This document shows positions 10,649 through 20,067 of a stretch of DNA of 43,536 nt, piece by piece. Origin of the DNA: Methanobacteriota archaeon (GTDB lineage Archaea; Hydrothermarchaeota; Hydrothermarchaeia; Hydrothermarchaeales; JACRDW01); the NCBI GenBank assembly GCA_043820925.1, contig JBDRDL010000020.1, positions 1-43,536 of the forward strand. The letters are read 5' to 3'. The notes under the pieces were generated by a model that searched no databases, was not told the DNA's origin, and was given only the letters and a program-made list of their open reading frames with translations. How positions within the stretch are numbered: position 1 is the stretch's first letter; each line of letters starts with the position of its first letter. Position numbers and translations under genes: made by a program.

Positions 10649-11310
10649 CGCAACACCTCAACTCTAACTATAACTACATCGCCGTCCTTTAATTTTGCGG
10701 CATCCCTGATTTTCCTCGGCGCAATGACTTCGAGGGAATTGAATCCATAGTGAGACCTCGCAGGAATTACAACTGCTCCTTCGACGCCTTCTATGGTTGC
10801 CCTGAAGCACTTCGCAGGACCAAAGGTTCTGTTGTTGTAGGCAAATCCTTCTATCACAATGCCCTCAAAATCCTGCAGCGCCTGCTTGAGCTTTACGTCC
10901 TCGCTGGATTTTAACCTTAGGTTCAGGGTACCCGGGTAAGGCTCAAAGCCGAGCTTTTGAACGAACTGGCTTTTATAGCCCGGGATATTCATGTAGTATC
11001 TTCCTTCTCCTATTCCGGAAGTTACCTCTCCGCTTATACTATAAACAGATGGCTTCGCCATCTCAAATACCTTATTTAAGTCAGAATATACCTGCCTCAG
11101 CATTGCAATCCCTTTTGGAGCTATCCTTACCTTCTGCCCTTTCGGCAGGATTTCTCTCGATATGTAGCCCTCGCTTTCAAGCTCTTTAATTCTCCTCGAC
11201 GCAGTCTGCTGGGAAGTTTTCAAATCCTTTGCGAGCTGAAACGAAGATATCTCAACCATCCTTTCGCAGCACCCGTGCTTTGCGAGAGATAGCAGCGCAA
11301 TCAACTCCAT
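10645..11310 (-). CDS. ribK: CTP-dependent riboflavin kinase with winged-HTH (RbkR-type)
   Basis: N-terminal SQQTASRR HTH; SGIGEGRYY and PYPGTLN motifs; co-oriented with ribB. Confidence 0.93.
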   Translation of the reverse strand: MELIALLSLAKHGCCERMVEISSFQLAKDLKTSQQTASRRIKELESEGYISREILPKGQKVRIAPKGIAMLRQVYSDLNKVFEMAKPSVYSISGEVTSGIGEGRYYMNIPGYKSQFVQKLGFEPYPGTLNLRLKSSEDVKLKQALQDFEGIVIEGFAYNNRTFGPAKCFRATIEGVEGAVVIPARSHYGFNSLEVIAPRKIRDAAKLKDGDVVIVRVEVLR

Positions 11311-11429
11311 TGCAGAAACCTACATGCTACTCATTTTTAAGTTGCTAATCAAATTTGAGAAAGAAGTATATTAAGGTTTTGGTCGAGCCCTTTTGAATCC
11401 ACTCGTTTTCTACGTTCGAAAAAAGGCTA

Positions 11430-12131
11430 TCAACCGTACAGCTTTATAACGCCTTTTATATCCCCGCATTCCAAGGTCTGCTTTTTGGTTTCTTCCAGGC
11501 TGCTGTAGCCGTACATTGTCTGCTCTGCGTCTTTGGTTGCGTATAAGTCTCCTAAACCAGCGCCATGACCAATCTCATGGGTAGCGATGTTCTGCACATC
11601 CATTTTGTCAGCGTTGCCGTCGGTCACCCATCCATAGTTTGTGCTGAGCGTGATATCAAACTCGACTATGGTCTTCGTAACAGTGTTGTACCAGAGTGAG
11701 GTTACTGCGATTATGCCTGGGTCTAAACTACTCCAAACAACTGTATTTTTTCCATCCAAATCGGCAGCTTGAGCTGCAGTCAGCGCTGGAGCATCAAATA
11801 AGTCAGGGGTAACTCTAGCATCCCAGGCCTCTGAGGACAGAAAAGCTGCATTCGTAACGTTTTCAGCGGCAACTCCGCTGCCCTCTGGATTGACCTCATA
11901 GGGCACTGGAAAGGTCTTCCATCTAATCCCCCCTGACAAAAGCTTGTAGCTACAAGAGCTTGTAGTGCCTCCTCCGCCAGGCTTAGCCTTCTTTTCGTAG
12001 TGGATGAATATAATTTTCTCGATGTACGGTGGTTTGTCATCCGGTCTTGCAGCTTGGGCTATCAATAGCACTGAGAGCAGAAATAGCACCGGCACAGCTA
12101 TAGCGAATATCTTTTTATACATTTTTCCCAC
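11430..12131 (-). CDS. Secreted metzincin-like metallopeptidase (matrixin-like)
   Basis: Signal peptide; HEIGHGAGLGD zinc motif; TMY Met-turn. Confidence 0.8.
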   Translation of the reverse strand: MGKMYKKIFAIAVPVLFLLSVLLIAQAARPDDKPPYIEKIIFIHYEKKAKPGGGGTTSSCSYKLLSGGIRWKTFPVPYEVNPEGSGVAAENVTNAAFLSSEAWDARVTPDLFDAPALTAAQAADLDGKNTVVWSSLDPGIIAVTSLWYNTVTKTIVEFDITLSTNYGWVTDGNADKMDVQNIATHEIGHGAGLGDLYATKDAEQTMYGYSSLEETKKQTLECGDIKGVIKLYG

Positions 12132-12164
12132 CTGCTTTTTAAATTTTCAAGAATAAATATTTTT

Positions 12165-12914
12165 CTACTCGCTGTACAAATTTTCTTTCGGATAGACGAC
12201 TATTCCCTCGTCGCTCGTGCTCATCAGGCAGATATTCTGGCTGTGCTTTGTGCCCCTCATTTTCAGAATTTCCAAGCCACGAACTCTCTTGCTGCCGAGT
12301 TTAATGTTATACAAGCCTATTACGCCCTGAGAAACGAATTCCTCAACGCCGAACCTGCTCATGCCCTTGCGACCTTCCGGAGTTTCCGTGGTTATCATGG
12401 AAGTTGCCCCAAGCTCGCTTAGCAGCAATACAGTCGACAAAACTTCCTGCCTTACCATAAAACTTTTTTCTAAGTGCAGCGATAGAGCGCTTATGGAATC
12501 GAGGACGACTCTCTTTGCCTTTGTTTTTTCAACCTTGTCTTTTATTATTTCCCTTAGAAAGTCCATTGAAAATTCTCCTTCCCTGAAGCCTTTCTCTGTC
12601 TTAAATGTAAATCTGCCCTTCCTCAGGTTTGCACTTGTAACGAATTTAGTCGGTACGACGCTAAGAATATTGACTCTGCTCAAGTCCCAGCCGTATTTCG
12701 AAAAGTTTTTAACTAAGTCTTCTGGTTTTTCTTCCAGACTTATAAACACTCCGGGTTCGTTGTATTTCACAGCACCGTTATATAAAAACTGCATCGCAAA
12801 GGTGCTCTTTCCGGTTCCGGGCCCACCGGAAATCAAGACGGTGTGCCCTTTGGGTATCCCCCCGCCAATCATCTCATCCAGTCCTGGAATACCTGTCAAA
12901 GTCCTTTCAACCAT
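12165..12914 (-). CDS. KaiC/RecA-superfamily ATPase
   Basis: TGIPGLD, Walker A GGPGTGKS, LEE, VLDS and ILKMRG motifs. Confidence 0.92.
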   Translation of the reverse strand: MVERTLTGIPGLDEMIGGGIPKGHTVLISGGPGTGKSTFAMQFLYNGAVKYNEPGVFISLEEKPEDLVKNFSKYGWDLSRVNILSVVPTKFVTSANLRKGRFTFKTEKGFREGEFSMDFLREIIKDKVEKTKAKRVVLDSISALSLHLEKSFMVRQEVLSTVLLLSELGATSMITTETPEGRKGMSRFGVEEFVSQGVIGLYNIKLGSKRVRGLEILKMRGTKHSQNICLMSTSDEGIVVYPKENLYSE

Positions 12915-12979
12915 AGCTAGATATAGCAGCACGGTAATATAAAAAACTATTTATGAAATGTAGTGAAATTGGTTAAGGG

Positions 12980-13681
12980 GTGATTGACTTGCCTCAAGCA
13001 TGGTATTTGCTGTCTTCAAATATACTCTGGTTTGCAATAACGCTGCTCTGCTACATGTGCTATAAAACGAGAGAAAAATGGAGACCTGAGTCGCTGTACT
13101 GGAAGTTCTGGATACTTGCTTCTCTGCTGTTCTTCGGCAGGGGGCTGATATTCTGGTTATACGGCGACTGGACTGAAGTAATATCGTACATGCTCGGAAT
13201 AATCTCTGCGATTTTCATGGCATCAGGTTTTTATGCGCTGTACGCTTCTTTTTTCGGCGAGGAGAGAAAAAACATTCTCATCTACCTGCCTCTGGCAGTT
13301 TTGGTTGGTATTCCATTCCTGCTCGGGCTCGGATATGGAGCAGGCAGCATTGGATATATCTATCGCTCGGCTGAAAATCTAACTTGGATAATTTCCAGTC
13401 TGCTGATAATGTTCTATGTTTTGATGCTTGCAGTTAAGCTCAGGGGCGGAATGGTGTGGGCTATGTTTCCAGCAGTAATAGCTGCATACTGCGCAGGTGC
13501 ATGGAATATTCTCACATTCGCTGAAATCGTCGGCGGCATAATACCCTACGGCATTGCGAATGTGATTGAGATATTCTTCGGCATTGCAGTTGGTGTTACG
13601 TTCTTCTCATTCTACGCTACTCTACACGAAATGGCGCCTCCTGCGTACAAGATACTGGAAACAAAACCAGAAGCTGCTTAG
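12980..13681 (+). CDS. Multi-pass membrane protein (about 7 TM)
   Basis: About seven hydrophobic segments; divergent from the KaiC-like gene. Confidence 0.75.
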   Translation: MIDLPQAWYLLSSNILWFAITLLCYMCYKTREKWRPESLYWKFWILASLLFFGRGLIFWLYGDWTEVISYMLGIISAIFMASGFYALYASFFGEERKNILIYLPLAVLVGIPFLLGLGYGAGSIGYIYRSAENLTWIISSLLIMFYVLMLAVKLRGGMVWAMFPAVIAAYCAGAWNILTFAEIVGGIIPYGIANVIEIFFGIAVGVTFFSFYATLHEMAPPAYKILETKPEAA

Positions 13682-13690
13682 AAAACAAGA

Positions 13691-13780
13691 TTCCGTGAGG
13701 AAGCTGGCGAGAAATGCCATCTTCCTTGCGGAAGGGTCAAGACCGAGGAGAAACGAGCGCAGTGAGTTTCGACGAAGGGA
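13691..13780. repeat. Family A hairpin (13691-13733) followed by a family E module
   Basis: TTCCGTGAGGAAGCTGG...CCATCTTCCTTGCGGAA, then GGTCAAGACCGAGGAGAAAC...CGACGAAGG. Confidence 0.85.
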
Positions 13781-14832
13781 TTGAAAAAGGACAGATACCA
13801 AGGAAAGCCAGCCTTATCTTCACATTCCTGACTTTCGGCATAATTTTGGGCATGGTTATTTTGTACTACAATTCTACTGTAGCTTACTGGCAGGACGTAT
13901 CTTTTCAAAGACAGCAGGAGATAAGCGCTTTGGTGAAAGAGCTGAGCACTGCCAAGGAAGAGCTGACAAAAGTTCATGCAAATCTAAGTCTCAGACAGGA
14001 GGAGCTGAGTATAAAGGAGAAAGAGTTAGAGGCTGTAAAGAGAGAGCTTGTTACAAAAAAATTGCTGGCGCTGCCTCCGGGAATGGACGAGCACTACAGC
14101 GAGATAAGGAGAGAGTATTTCGATAAATTCAGGTACTCTTACTGGGACGTAATTAGCTTCTATGCGATGATGGTGCTGCACGATACCGGGCAGATTCCGA
14201 TAGGAAGCTGGCGAGAAATGCCATCTCCCTCACGGAAGGGAGATATAGAGAATGGAGGGAAATTCAAGACTAAATTTGGAATCGAAGCTTCCAAACTCAG
14301 CGCAGAAAAATTGAGAGAGATTATAAGAGAAATACCTGGCTACGAGGACTTAACAGGGAGGGAAAAAATACCCAGGTATAGAGAGGCTGTCAGAGAAAGA
14401 AATGCTGAAGCATTCAACAACTACGTTACTAACAATATAACCTATCTGGAAGAGAGCGACTATCCGAGATTCCCGCTTGAGACTCTCGCCTATGGAATGG
14501 GAGACTGCGAGGATAAGGCAATGCTGCTTGCGGCGCTGCTTGAGACTGGGGGATACGAAGCTGGTTTACTGCTAATATATGATGCAGAAAACAAATTCTT
14601 CCATCAGGCTTTAGCTGTCAGAGACGAGAACGAATGGGCAAGGGTGAAGTTTAAATTCAAAGGCTACGAAGCTATGGGGCGCACCTGGATTATACTCGAC
14701 CCTACATGGAAAACTGAGTTTGGGGAGCTGCCGGAATGGACGAATTACTACAAAATTCCCGGCGGCATTGAAATACCGCCATATAAATACGTGTTTTTGC
14801 CTGTCGATGCAGATAAGCTAAAATACCGTTAG
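13714..14832 (+). CDS. Membrane-anchored coiled-coil transglutaminase-like protein carrying repeat insertions
   Basis: TM helix, coiled coil, FPLETL..G.GDCED, H and LDPT; start, middle and end overlap repeats. Confidence 0.8.
   Translation: MPSSLRKGQDRGETSAVSFDEGIEKGQIPRKASLIFTFLTFGIILGMVILYYNSTVAYWQDVSFQRQQEISALVKELSTAKEELTKVHANLSLRQEELSIKEKELEAVKRELVTKKLLALPPGMDEHYSEIRREYFDKFRYSYWDVISFYAMMVLHDTGQIPIGSWREMPSPSRKGDIENGGKFKTKFGIEASKLSAEKLREIIREIPGYEDLTGREKIPRYREAVRERNAEAFNNYVTNNITYLEESDYPRFPLETLAYGMGDCEDKAMLLAALLETGGYEAGLLLIYDAENKFFHQALAVRDENEWARVKFKFKGYEAMGRTWIILDPTWKTEFGELPEWTNYYKIPGGIEIPPYKYVFLPVDADKLKYR
14195..14237. repeat. Family A hairpin inside the coding sequence, in frame
   Basis: TTCCGATAGGAAGCTGGCGAGAAATGCCATCTCCCTCACGGAA, near-identical to 13691-13733. 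Confidence 0.9.
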
Positions 14833-14866
14833 GTAGGCGCAAGGCAATTCGGTCTTGCTCACGCAA
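14824..14866 (+). repeat. Family B element
   Basis: TACCGTTAGGTAGGCGCAAGG...CGGTCTTGCTCACGCAA. Confidence 0.88.
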
Positions 14867-14875
14867 GAGGTTCTT

Positions 14876-15526
14876 TTAGTTAAGTAACTTAAACCCATTC
14901 TTAACTTCAAATGGCACCCAATTTGGGTCAGAGGGGATACCTTTGAGATGATGTATCCGCAGCTTTCTTTCGAGTTTTTCGTCCTCCTTGAACTCCATCT
15001 GGATAAAGCCGTCGACTAAATAAACGAGCGTGTTAACGAGCTGCGGGTCGTGCACTCCATCCTGCAGGACGTAAAGCACAAACCCGTAGTCAGACTTAAC
15101 CCTCGAAGACAGCACCTGAAAAAATTTTGTCATAGCAGTTTGAGGGTTGTGCAAAAAGAGCGGCGAGACAGAATAAAAGAAAATTCTTACAGGCTTGCCG
15201 AGCTTCTTAACAGCCCTATCCAGGTTAATGCTTATTTCGTTGAGATTTGCTGGATTTTCTACGAAAAAGCCTCCATACTTCTCACCGACTGACCAAGAAA
15301 AACAGTCGATGAAGATCAGCTTCTTGTCCTCGTATTCTTCTAAATTTAAGCCGATTTTTTTTGCCCTCGCCTTTATGTCGTTCGGGCTCTGCTCGGTCGT
15401 TATGTAAATAATTTTCTCCCCTTTTTCAAGATAGTAGCCAATCATGTCTAGGCAGTACTCAAACTTCCCTACCCCGGGCGGTCCTGCAAGGAGAATTGTA
15501 TAACTTTTAGGGAATCTTTCCTTCAT
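14876..15526 (-). CDS. Degenerate KaiC/RAD55-like ATPase
   Basis: Walker A-like GPPGVGKF, TTE, IDCFS, DGFIQM and HLKG; Walker B Asp apparently missing (FFYS). Confidence 0.8.
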   Translation of the reverse strand: MKERFPKSYTILLAGPPGVGKFEYCLDMIGYYLEKGEKIIYITTEQSPNDIKARAKKIGLNLEEYEDKKLIFIDCFSWSVGEKYGGFFVENPANLNEISINLDRAVKKLGKPVRIFFYSVSPLFLHNPQTAMTKFFQVLSSRVKSDYGFVLYVLQDGVHDPQLVNTLVYLVDGFIQMEFKEDEKLERKLRIHHLKGIPSDPNWVPFEVKNGFKLLN

Positions 15527-15913
15527 TTATTTCCCTACCTTTTTTGGAATGTTTTTCAGCAACCATTCTACGGTGCTCAGCAGCTTTTCCATTATAATTG
15601 GTTTGTTTATGTGGGCATTGCAGTGCGCATACTCGAAGCTTCTCCCCTTGTCCTCGTCTGTGGATTTGACTGTAAGCATTGCAACTGGAATTGACTTCGT
15701 CGCTTCATCTTCCTTGATTTTCTTGCAGACGTCCCAGCCGAGTATATCAGGCATCATCACGTCAAGCAGAATCAGGTCTGGCTTTTCTTTCTTCAGCTTC
15801 TCCAGGCATTCCCTGCCGCTGTATGCTCCTATAACATCATAGCCAGCTTTTCTGAGCATCTTTCCAACTACTGCGACAACATCCGGCTCGTCATCCACGA
15901 CCATTATTCTCAT
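15527..15913 (-). CDS. Stand-alone response regulator receiver
   Basis: VVDD, LLDVMMP, MLT and KP motifs. Confidence 0.95.
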   Translation of the reverse strand: MRIMVVDDEPDVVAVVGKMLRKAGYDVIGAYSGRECLEKLKKEKPDLILLDVMMPDILGWDVCKKIKEDEATKSIPVAMLTVKSTDEDKGRSFEYAHCNAHINKPIIMEKLLSTVEWLLKNIPKKVGK

Positions 15914-15925
15914 TTTATCGCTCCA

Positions 15926-16051
15926 TTTCGCAAGAAAGGTGGTGCTTGCGCGAGCAAGATTCCGTTAGGAAGTTGGTGTGTATGCCATCTTCCTAGCGGA
16001 AAACCGAAGTGTTTTGCGCCTACCTTCGGTAATGCCATCTTCCTCACGGAA
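15926..16051. repeat. Nested palindromic elements: A inside B inside A
   Basis: Outer A arms at 15926-15944 and 16032-16051; B on the minus strand at 15945-16031; inner A at 15960-16001. Confidence 0.82.
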
Positions 16052-16052
16052 T

Positions 16053-16853
16053 CTACTTCTTCATGTAAACAACCCTCTGCGGGAAGGGAATTTCAATGCC
16101 GTTTGCGTCAAACGCGCTTTTTATTCTCTCCCGTATGTCAGAGGAAACTGCTCCTCTTATTCTGACGTCGTCCACGTAAAACTTAACCTTCAAAAGAATT
16201 GCAGAATCTCCAAACTTGCCTGTGCCCACCCTCGGCTCCGGCTCCTGCAGAAGGTGCGGATTTTCCTTTGCGTACTTCTTAATCGCGTTTAAAATTATCT
16301 CCTTGGCCTTCTGTATGTCAGAGCTGTAGCTTATTCCTATGTCTTCGAATTCAACCACGATTTCGGAACCGAGTAAGTCATAATTTTTGACTTCAGTGCT
16401 CAAAAAAATTGAGTTCGGTATCGTAATTATCTCGTTGTTCGGAGTTTTAAGCTTGGTGCTTATCAGTCCAATATCCTGAACATCTCCTGTGTATTCTCTG
16501 ACCTCGATTCTGTCTCCGTAGTTAAAAGGTCTTGAAACGACGATGTACAAGCCGGAAACAAGGTTGCTCATGAAGCTCTGCGAAACGAGTATTAACACAG
16601 CACCGACAATGGTTGTTGAAATAGCCAGGTTGGTTATTGCGCCTCCGATGTGCAGTGCAATGAAAATAAACAATATGAATAATATTATCTTGGCTGTATT
16701 CTCAAGACTCCTTGTCTTCTGCAGGGGTATGTCGTTCTTCCTGGCATACGCTCTCACCTTAGAAAGTGCGTACAGGTAAATTACGAAGAAAAAAACTGCC
16801 AGCGCTGCCACCTCAATAATTCTTAACACGGTCGGGTCAATCTGAAATTGCAT
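16053..16853 (-). CDS. mscS: Small-conductance mechanosensitive channel
   Basis: SNLVSG...RPFNYGDRI, IPNS and IEIPFPQR motifs. Confidence 0.93.
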   Translation of the reverse strand: MQFQIDPTVLRIIEVAALAVFFFVIYLYALSKVRAYARKNDIPLQKTRSLENTAKIILFILFIFIALHIGGAITNLAISTTIVGAVLILVSQSFMSNLVSGLYIVVSRPFNYGDRIEVREYTGDVQDIGLISTKLKTPNNEIITIPNSIFLSTEVKNYDLLGSEIVVEFEDIGISYSSDIQKAKEIILNAIKKYAKENPHLLQEPEPRVGTGKFGDSAILLKVKFYVDDVRIRGAVSSDIRERIKSAFDANGIEIPFPQRVVYMKK

Positions 16854-16866
16854 TTTCTCGCCTCAT

Positions 16867-18744
16867 TTAAAAGGGGAAATATGTCTTCTTGATTTTGCGC
16901 TCCTCTGACTCCAATTTTTCCTCAAGCTCATACCTCATCCTTCCGTACTCCCTCTTGGAAAGCCCGCCCTGTGCATAGCGCAGCTCAAGTTTTCTGAGCT
17001 CTCCTTCTATCTCCCTTATTTTGGCTGTCTTTCTGGTAACCTTAATCTGAGCTTTTTCTAATTTCGTTTGTTTGCCCTTCCACCAAGTAAAAATTGTACC
17101 GCACGCAAGCAAAACCAGAACTCCTGCCGCAATCGCAGCCATCACCCTCGTTCTCTCCTTTATTTCCAAAATGCTTTTTTCTGCCATCTCGCCAGCTTTG
17201 CTGCTCATCTCAGTATCACCCAGTTCAGCAAAGAGTACTTTAGAACCAGAAAAAGCATCTCTGGCTTTCTCATATTCCCCTCTATTAAAAGCTGCCTCTG
17301 CTTCAGCATATTTCGAATACGCCAGCACATACTTTTCTATTTTTTCTAGGAGAACTGCAAGTTCTCGGGCTTTCTGAGAATTTCCGAGGTCAGCGAATAT
17401 CTGCTTTGCCTGAAAAATCGCATCCCTCGCCTTTGCAAAATCCCTGCTTTTAAACTGCTCGCTTCCAAGGGCAAATAAATCCAGCGCCTCGCTGCCCCTG
17501 CTGGATTTTAATATCATTTCCTCTGATTTTTTAATCATCTCCGCATCGTTGAGCGCAGCGAATTTTTTCTTGGCATCCTCAAACGCTTCTTTTGCCTTTC
17601 TGTACTCTCCGGCATTGAAATATTTTGTAGCCTCATTGAATTGAGAAATGCCGCCCGCGAGCTGAGCTGACCTTTCAATCATGCGTTTGCTTTCTTCGAT
17701 TTTCGCAGTGCTATTGAGTTCAATGTAAAGCTTGTTTGCATCCTCAAATTTCGCCTTCGCCTCTGCATAATTTTTATTTTCGTAATAGCTGTACGCTGTC
17801 TGCATTAAGAGGTTGGCATTTATACCCTTGTCGCACTTTGCTATGAGAGCCTTTGTTTCGTTCACCTTTTCGCTGATTTCTAGCGATGTGTAAATATTTA
17901 GAGCTCTTTCAAATTTTTCCCTTGCACCTTTGTAGTCGTTGAGCGACAAAAGCTGCGTTGCATTGTTCAAATATATACTTGCTTCTATGAGCCTTGGTTT
18001 AACGTTCAGCCAGTTAAAGGCATTAAGCAGGAATTTATTTTCCTGCTGGACGTAGCCCTCGGTATCGCTCACTGCCACGATGCGCCCGTAGCCATAGCGT
18101 GATATGGCAGCAACCGGAGGATAGGAAACGAGCTCGTATACCTGCGAGTACGTATTCTCGCTGCCAGATGCTACCTTAACAGCCTTGCTCGAGAGATTTA
18201 AAGTTGCTGCCGCATATAAGTTGAGGCTGGCTACTCCTTCTGTAAGAGAATGTTTTTCAAAATTTGATATCGTAATGTCGTATGCTATCCTGCCGTCCCT
18301 GTCCTCTGACAGAGCATCCTTGTTGAAAGTTATCCCAAATCTTCTGGAGAGCGCATTTAGGTAGTCTGCATTGAAGTACTGAGTTGTGTTGCCCACTCTC
18401 TCTATGACATAATCCTTTGACTCTCCGACTAGCAGCACACTGCCGCCTTCCTGGGCAAAGCGGAGTACATCTAATATTTCTCCGTCGGTGAAAGAGCTGG
18501 CGGGTGTGAGCAAAACCAGAATATCGTAATTCTTGAGGAGTGGATAGGAGAGGGGCTTATCCTTCACCTCATTGTATCCAAAGCTTCCAGATTCAAGGAG
18601 TCCGGTGAGCGTCAGAACCTTGTTATTGAAATTTTCATTCTGAATGTTGTGATAGCTATTTATTATAACCTGTCCCTTTGATTCAGCCCCGCTCACGCCT
18701 GGAATTAATACTGCAAACAGCAAAAGTAAAATTGCTCTGTTCAT
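16867..18744 (-). CDS. Exported protein with DUF4350/GldG-like domain, TPR repeats and C-terminal TM anchor
   Basis: Signal peptide; GGSVLLVGE and GRIVAVSD..NAFNWL motifs; repeated Y..A...F..A helices; TM near the C-terminus. Confidence 0.7.
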   Translation of the reverse strand: MNRAILLLLFAVLIPGVSGAESKGQVIINSYHNIQNENFNNKVLTLTGLLESGSFGYNEVKDKPLSYPLLKNYDILVLLTPASSFTDGEILDVLRFAQEGGSVLLVGESKDYVIERVGNTTQYFNADYLNALSRRFGITFNKDALSEDRDGRIAYDITISNFEKHSLTEGVASLNLYAAATLNLSSKAVKVASGSENTYSQVYELVSYPPVAAISRYGYGRIVAVSDTEGYVQQENKFLLNAFNWLNVKPRLIEASIYLNNATQLLSLNDYKGAREKFERALNIYTSLEISEKVNETKALIAKCDKGINANLLMQTAYSYYENKNYAEAKAKFEDANKLYIELNSTAKIEESKRMIERSAQLAGGISQFNEATKYFNAGEYRKAKEAFEDAKKKFAALNDAEMIKKSEEMILKSSRGSEALDLFALGSEQFKSRDFAKARDAIFQAKQIFADLGNSQKARELAVLLEKIEKYVLAYSKYAEAEAAFNRGEYEKARDAFSGSKVLFAELGDTEMSSKAGEMAEKSILEIKERTRVMAAIAAGVLVLLACGTIFTWWKGKQTKLEKAQIKVTRKTAKIREIEGELRKLELRYAQGGLSKREYGRMRYELEEKLESEERKIKKTYFPF

Positions 18745-18768
18745 TCTCTCCAGATACCTCGATTGTTA

Positions 18769-19413
18769 TCACAGCGCACTTGGATATTTAACCTTTTCCC
18801 TCACTAAATTGTGCGCCAACCTAATAGGCTCCGGAAGTTTGTGTTTCTTTATGCAGTGCGCAACTATCTTCAAGGAAGAATCCAGAGATACTTTGTTGCC
18901 AGGGCTTATGTAGAGCGGTGCGGTATTTTTTTTGGTTTGCAGAGCATAGCCCACGTGCCTTCCGTTGTAAATTATTCTGACTGGCTCGTTTAGTTTTATT
19001 TTTCCTTTAGCCTCGCCGCACAAAAGGCGCTTCGCTACGCCAATTGCTGGAATGTCAAGTAAAACTCCGAGATGGGATGCAATTCCCATGCTGCGGGGAT
19101 GCGCAATGCCCTGACCGTCCAAAAGTAGAACATCGAATTTGCTATTCAATCTCTTAATCGCTTTTATCAGCGGCTCCATTTCCCTGAAAGCCAGGAAGGT
19201 GGGAATATACGGGAAGGTAACTCTACTTTCTGCCACGCTTTCTTCGATTACTTCCAGTGCAGCATAATCCAGAACAACAGCAGCTGAGAGTGCTTTTTCC
19301 TCGTCGTATGCAACATCGCAGCCCGCAATTTTTTCAATCTCCATAAATCCGTCTTCTAAAATTACTTTCCTCGCAAGTCTATTCTGAATAGCTATAAGCT
19401 TATCTAAATCCAT
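18769..19413 (-). CDS. nfi: Endonuclease V
   Basis: FPYIPTFLAFRE, DGQGIAHPR and LPEPIRLAH motifs. Confidence 0.96.
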   Translation of the reverse strand: MDLDKLIAIQNRLARKVILEDGFMEIEKIAGCDVAYDEEKALSAAVVLDYAALEVIEESVAESRVTFPYIPTFLAFREMEPLIKAIKRLNSKFDVLLLDGQGIAHPRSMGIASHLGVLLDIPAIGVAKRLLCGEAKGKIKLNEPVRIIYNGRHVGYALQTKKNTAPLYISPGNKVSLDSSLKIVAHCIKKHKLPEPIRLAHNLVREKVKYPSAL

Positions 19414-19465
19414 GCTTATTATTTGCTGAAAAGTTATTTATAAGCGTAGAGTATCAAGCGGTAGC

Positions 19466-20065
19466 ATGCTTGCGATAGTTGATATGATGAGGGAGTATCC
19501 TCTACTCGCATTAATTTTGTTTATCGTGCTTGATACAGCCTTCGGGGTAGTGCCGATAGAACTTAGCATAGTTTATGGAATATCTATTGAACTTTCAGCT
19601 CTAAGCATCGCTGTATTGGGCATGGTTTTTGTTACTTTTGGAGCCTTGATTGATTACCTCATCGGTTACCTCGGCCTGAAATTTATACATATTCAAGAAA
19701 AGGAAGTAGAGAGAGGCAAATTATTCTTCAAAAAATACGGCAGCTGGAGTTTGTTTCTGATAAGGCTGATTCCTTTTTTTCCGAGCAAGCCTGTTTCAGT
19801 TATCGCAGGAGGTATGAGATACAGCCCAATACTATTCTCCTGGTACACAGGTATGGGTTCTTTTTTAAGGTTCTATCTGGAAGCGCAAATCATGGAAAAA
19901 TTTTATGACCCGTCGAAGTTTAGAACTGAGAAAGTCCTTCAAAATGCTTATGAGCACCTGACCAATATTTCTAATTACGCCATCACTTTCTCACTGCTCG
20001 CAGCAGGAATTCTTTTGTACTATTTCCTCGTGATGCGCAAAAATAATATAAATCGCCTTCACTAG
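19466..20065 (+). CDS. DedA/VTT-family membrane protein
   Basis: FFKKYG...RLIP...AG motif; hydrophobic segments. Confidence 0.8.
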   Translation: MLAIVDMMREYPLLALILFIVLDTAFGVVPIELSIVYGISIELSALSIAVLGMVFVTFGALIDYLIGYLGLKFIHIQEKEVERGKLFFKKYGSWSLFLIRLIPFFPSKPVSVIAGGMRYSPILFSWYTGMGSFLRFYLEAQIMEKFYDPSKFRTEKVLQNAYEHLTNISNYAITFSLLAAGILLYYFLVMRKNNINRLH

Positions 20066-20067
20066 AA

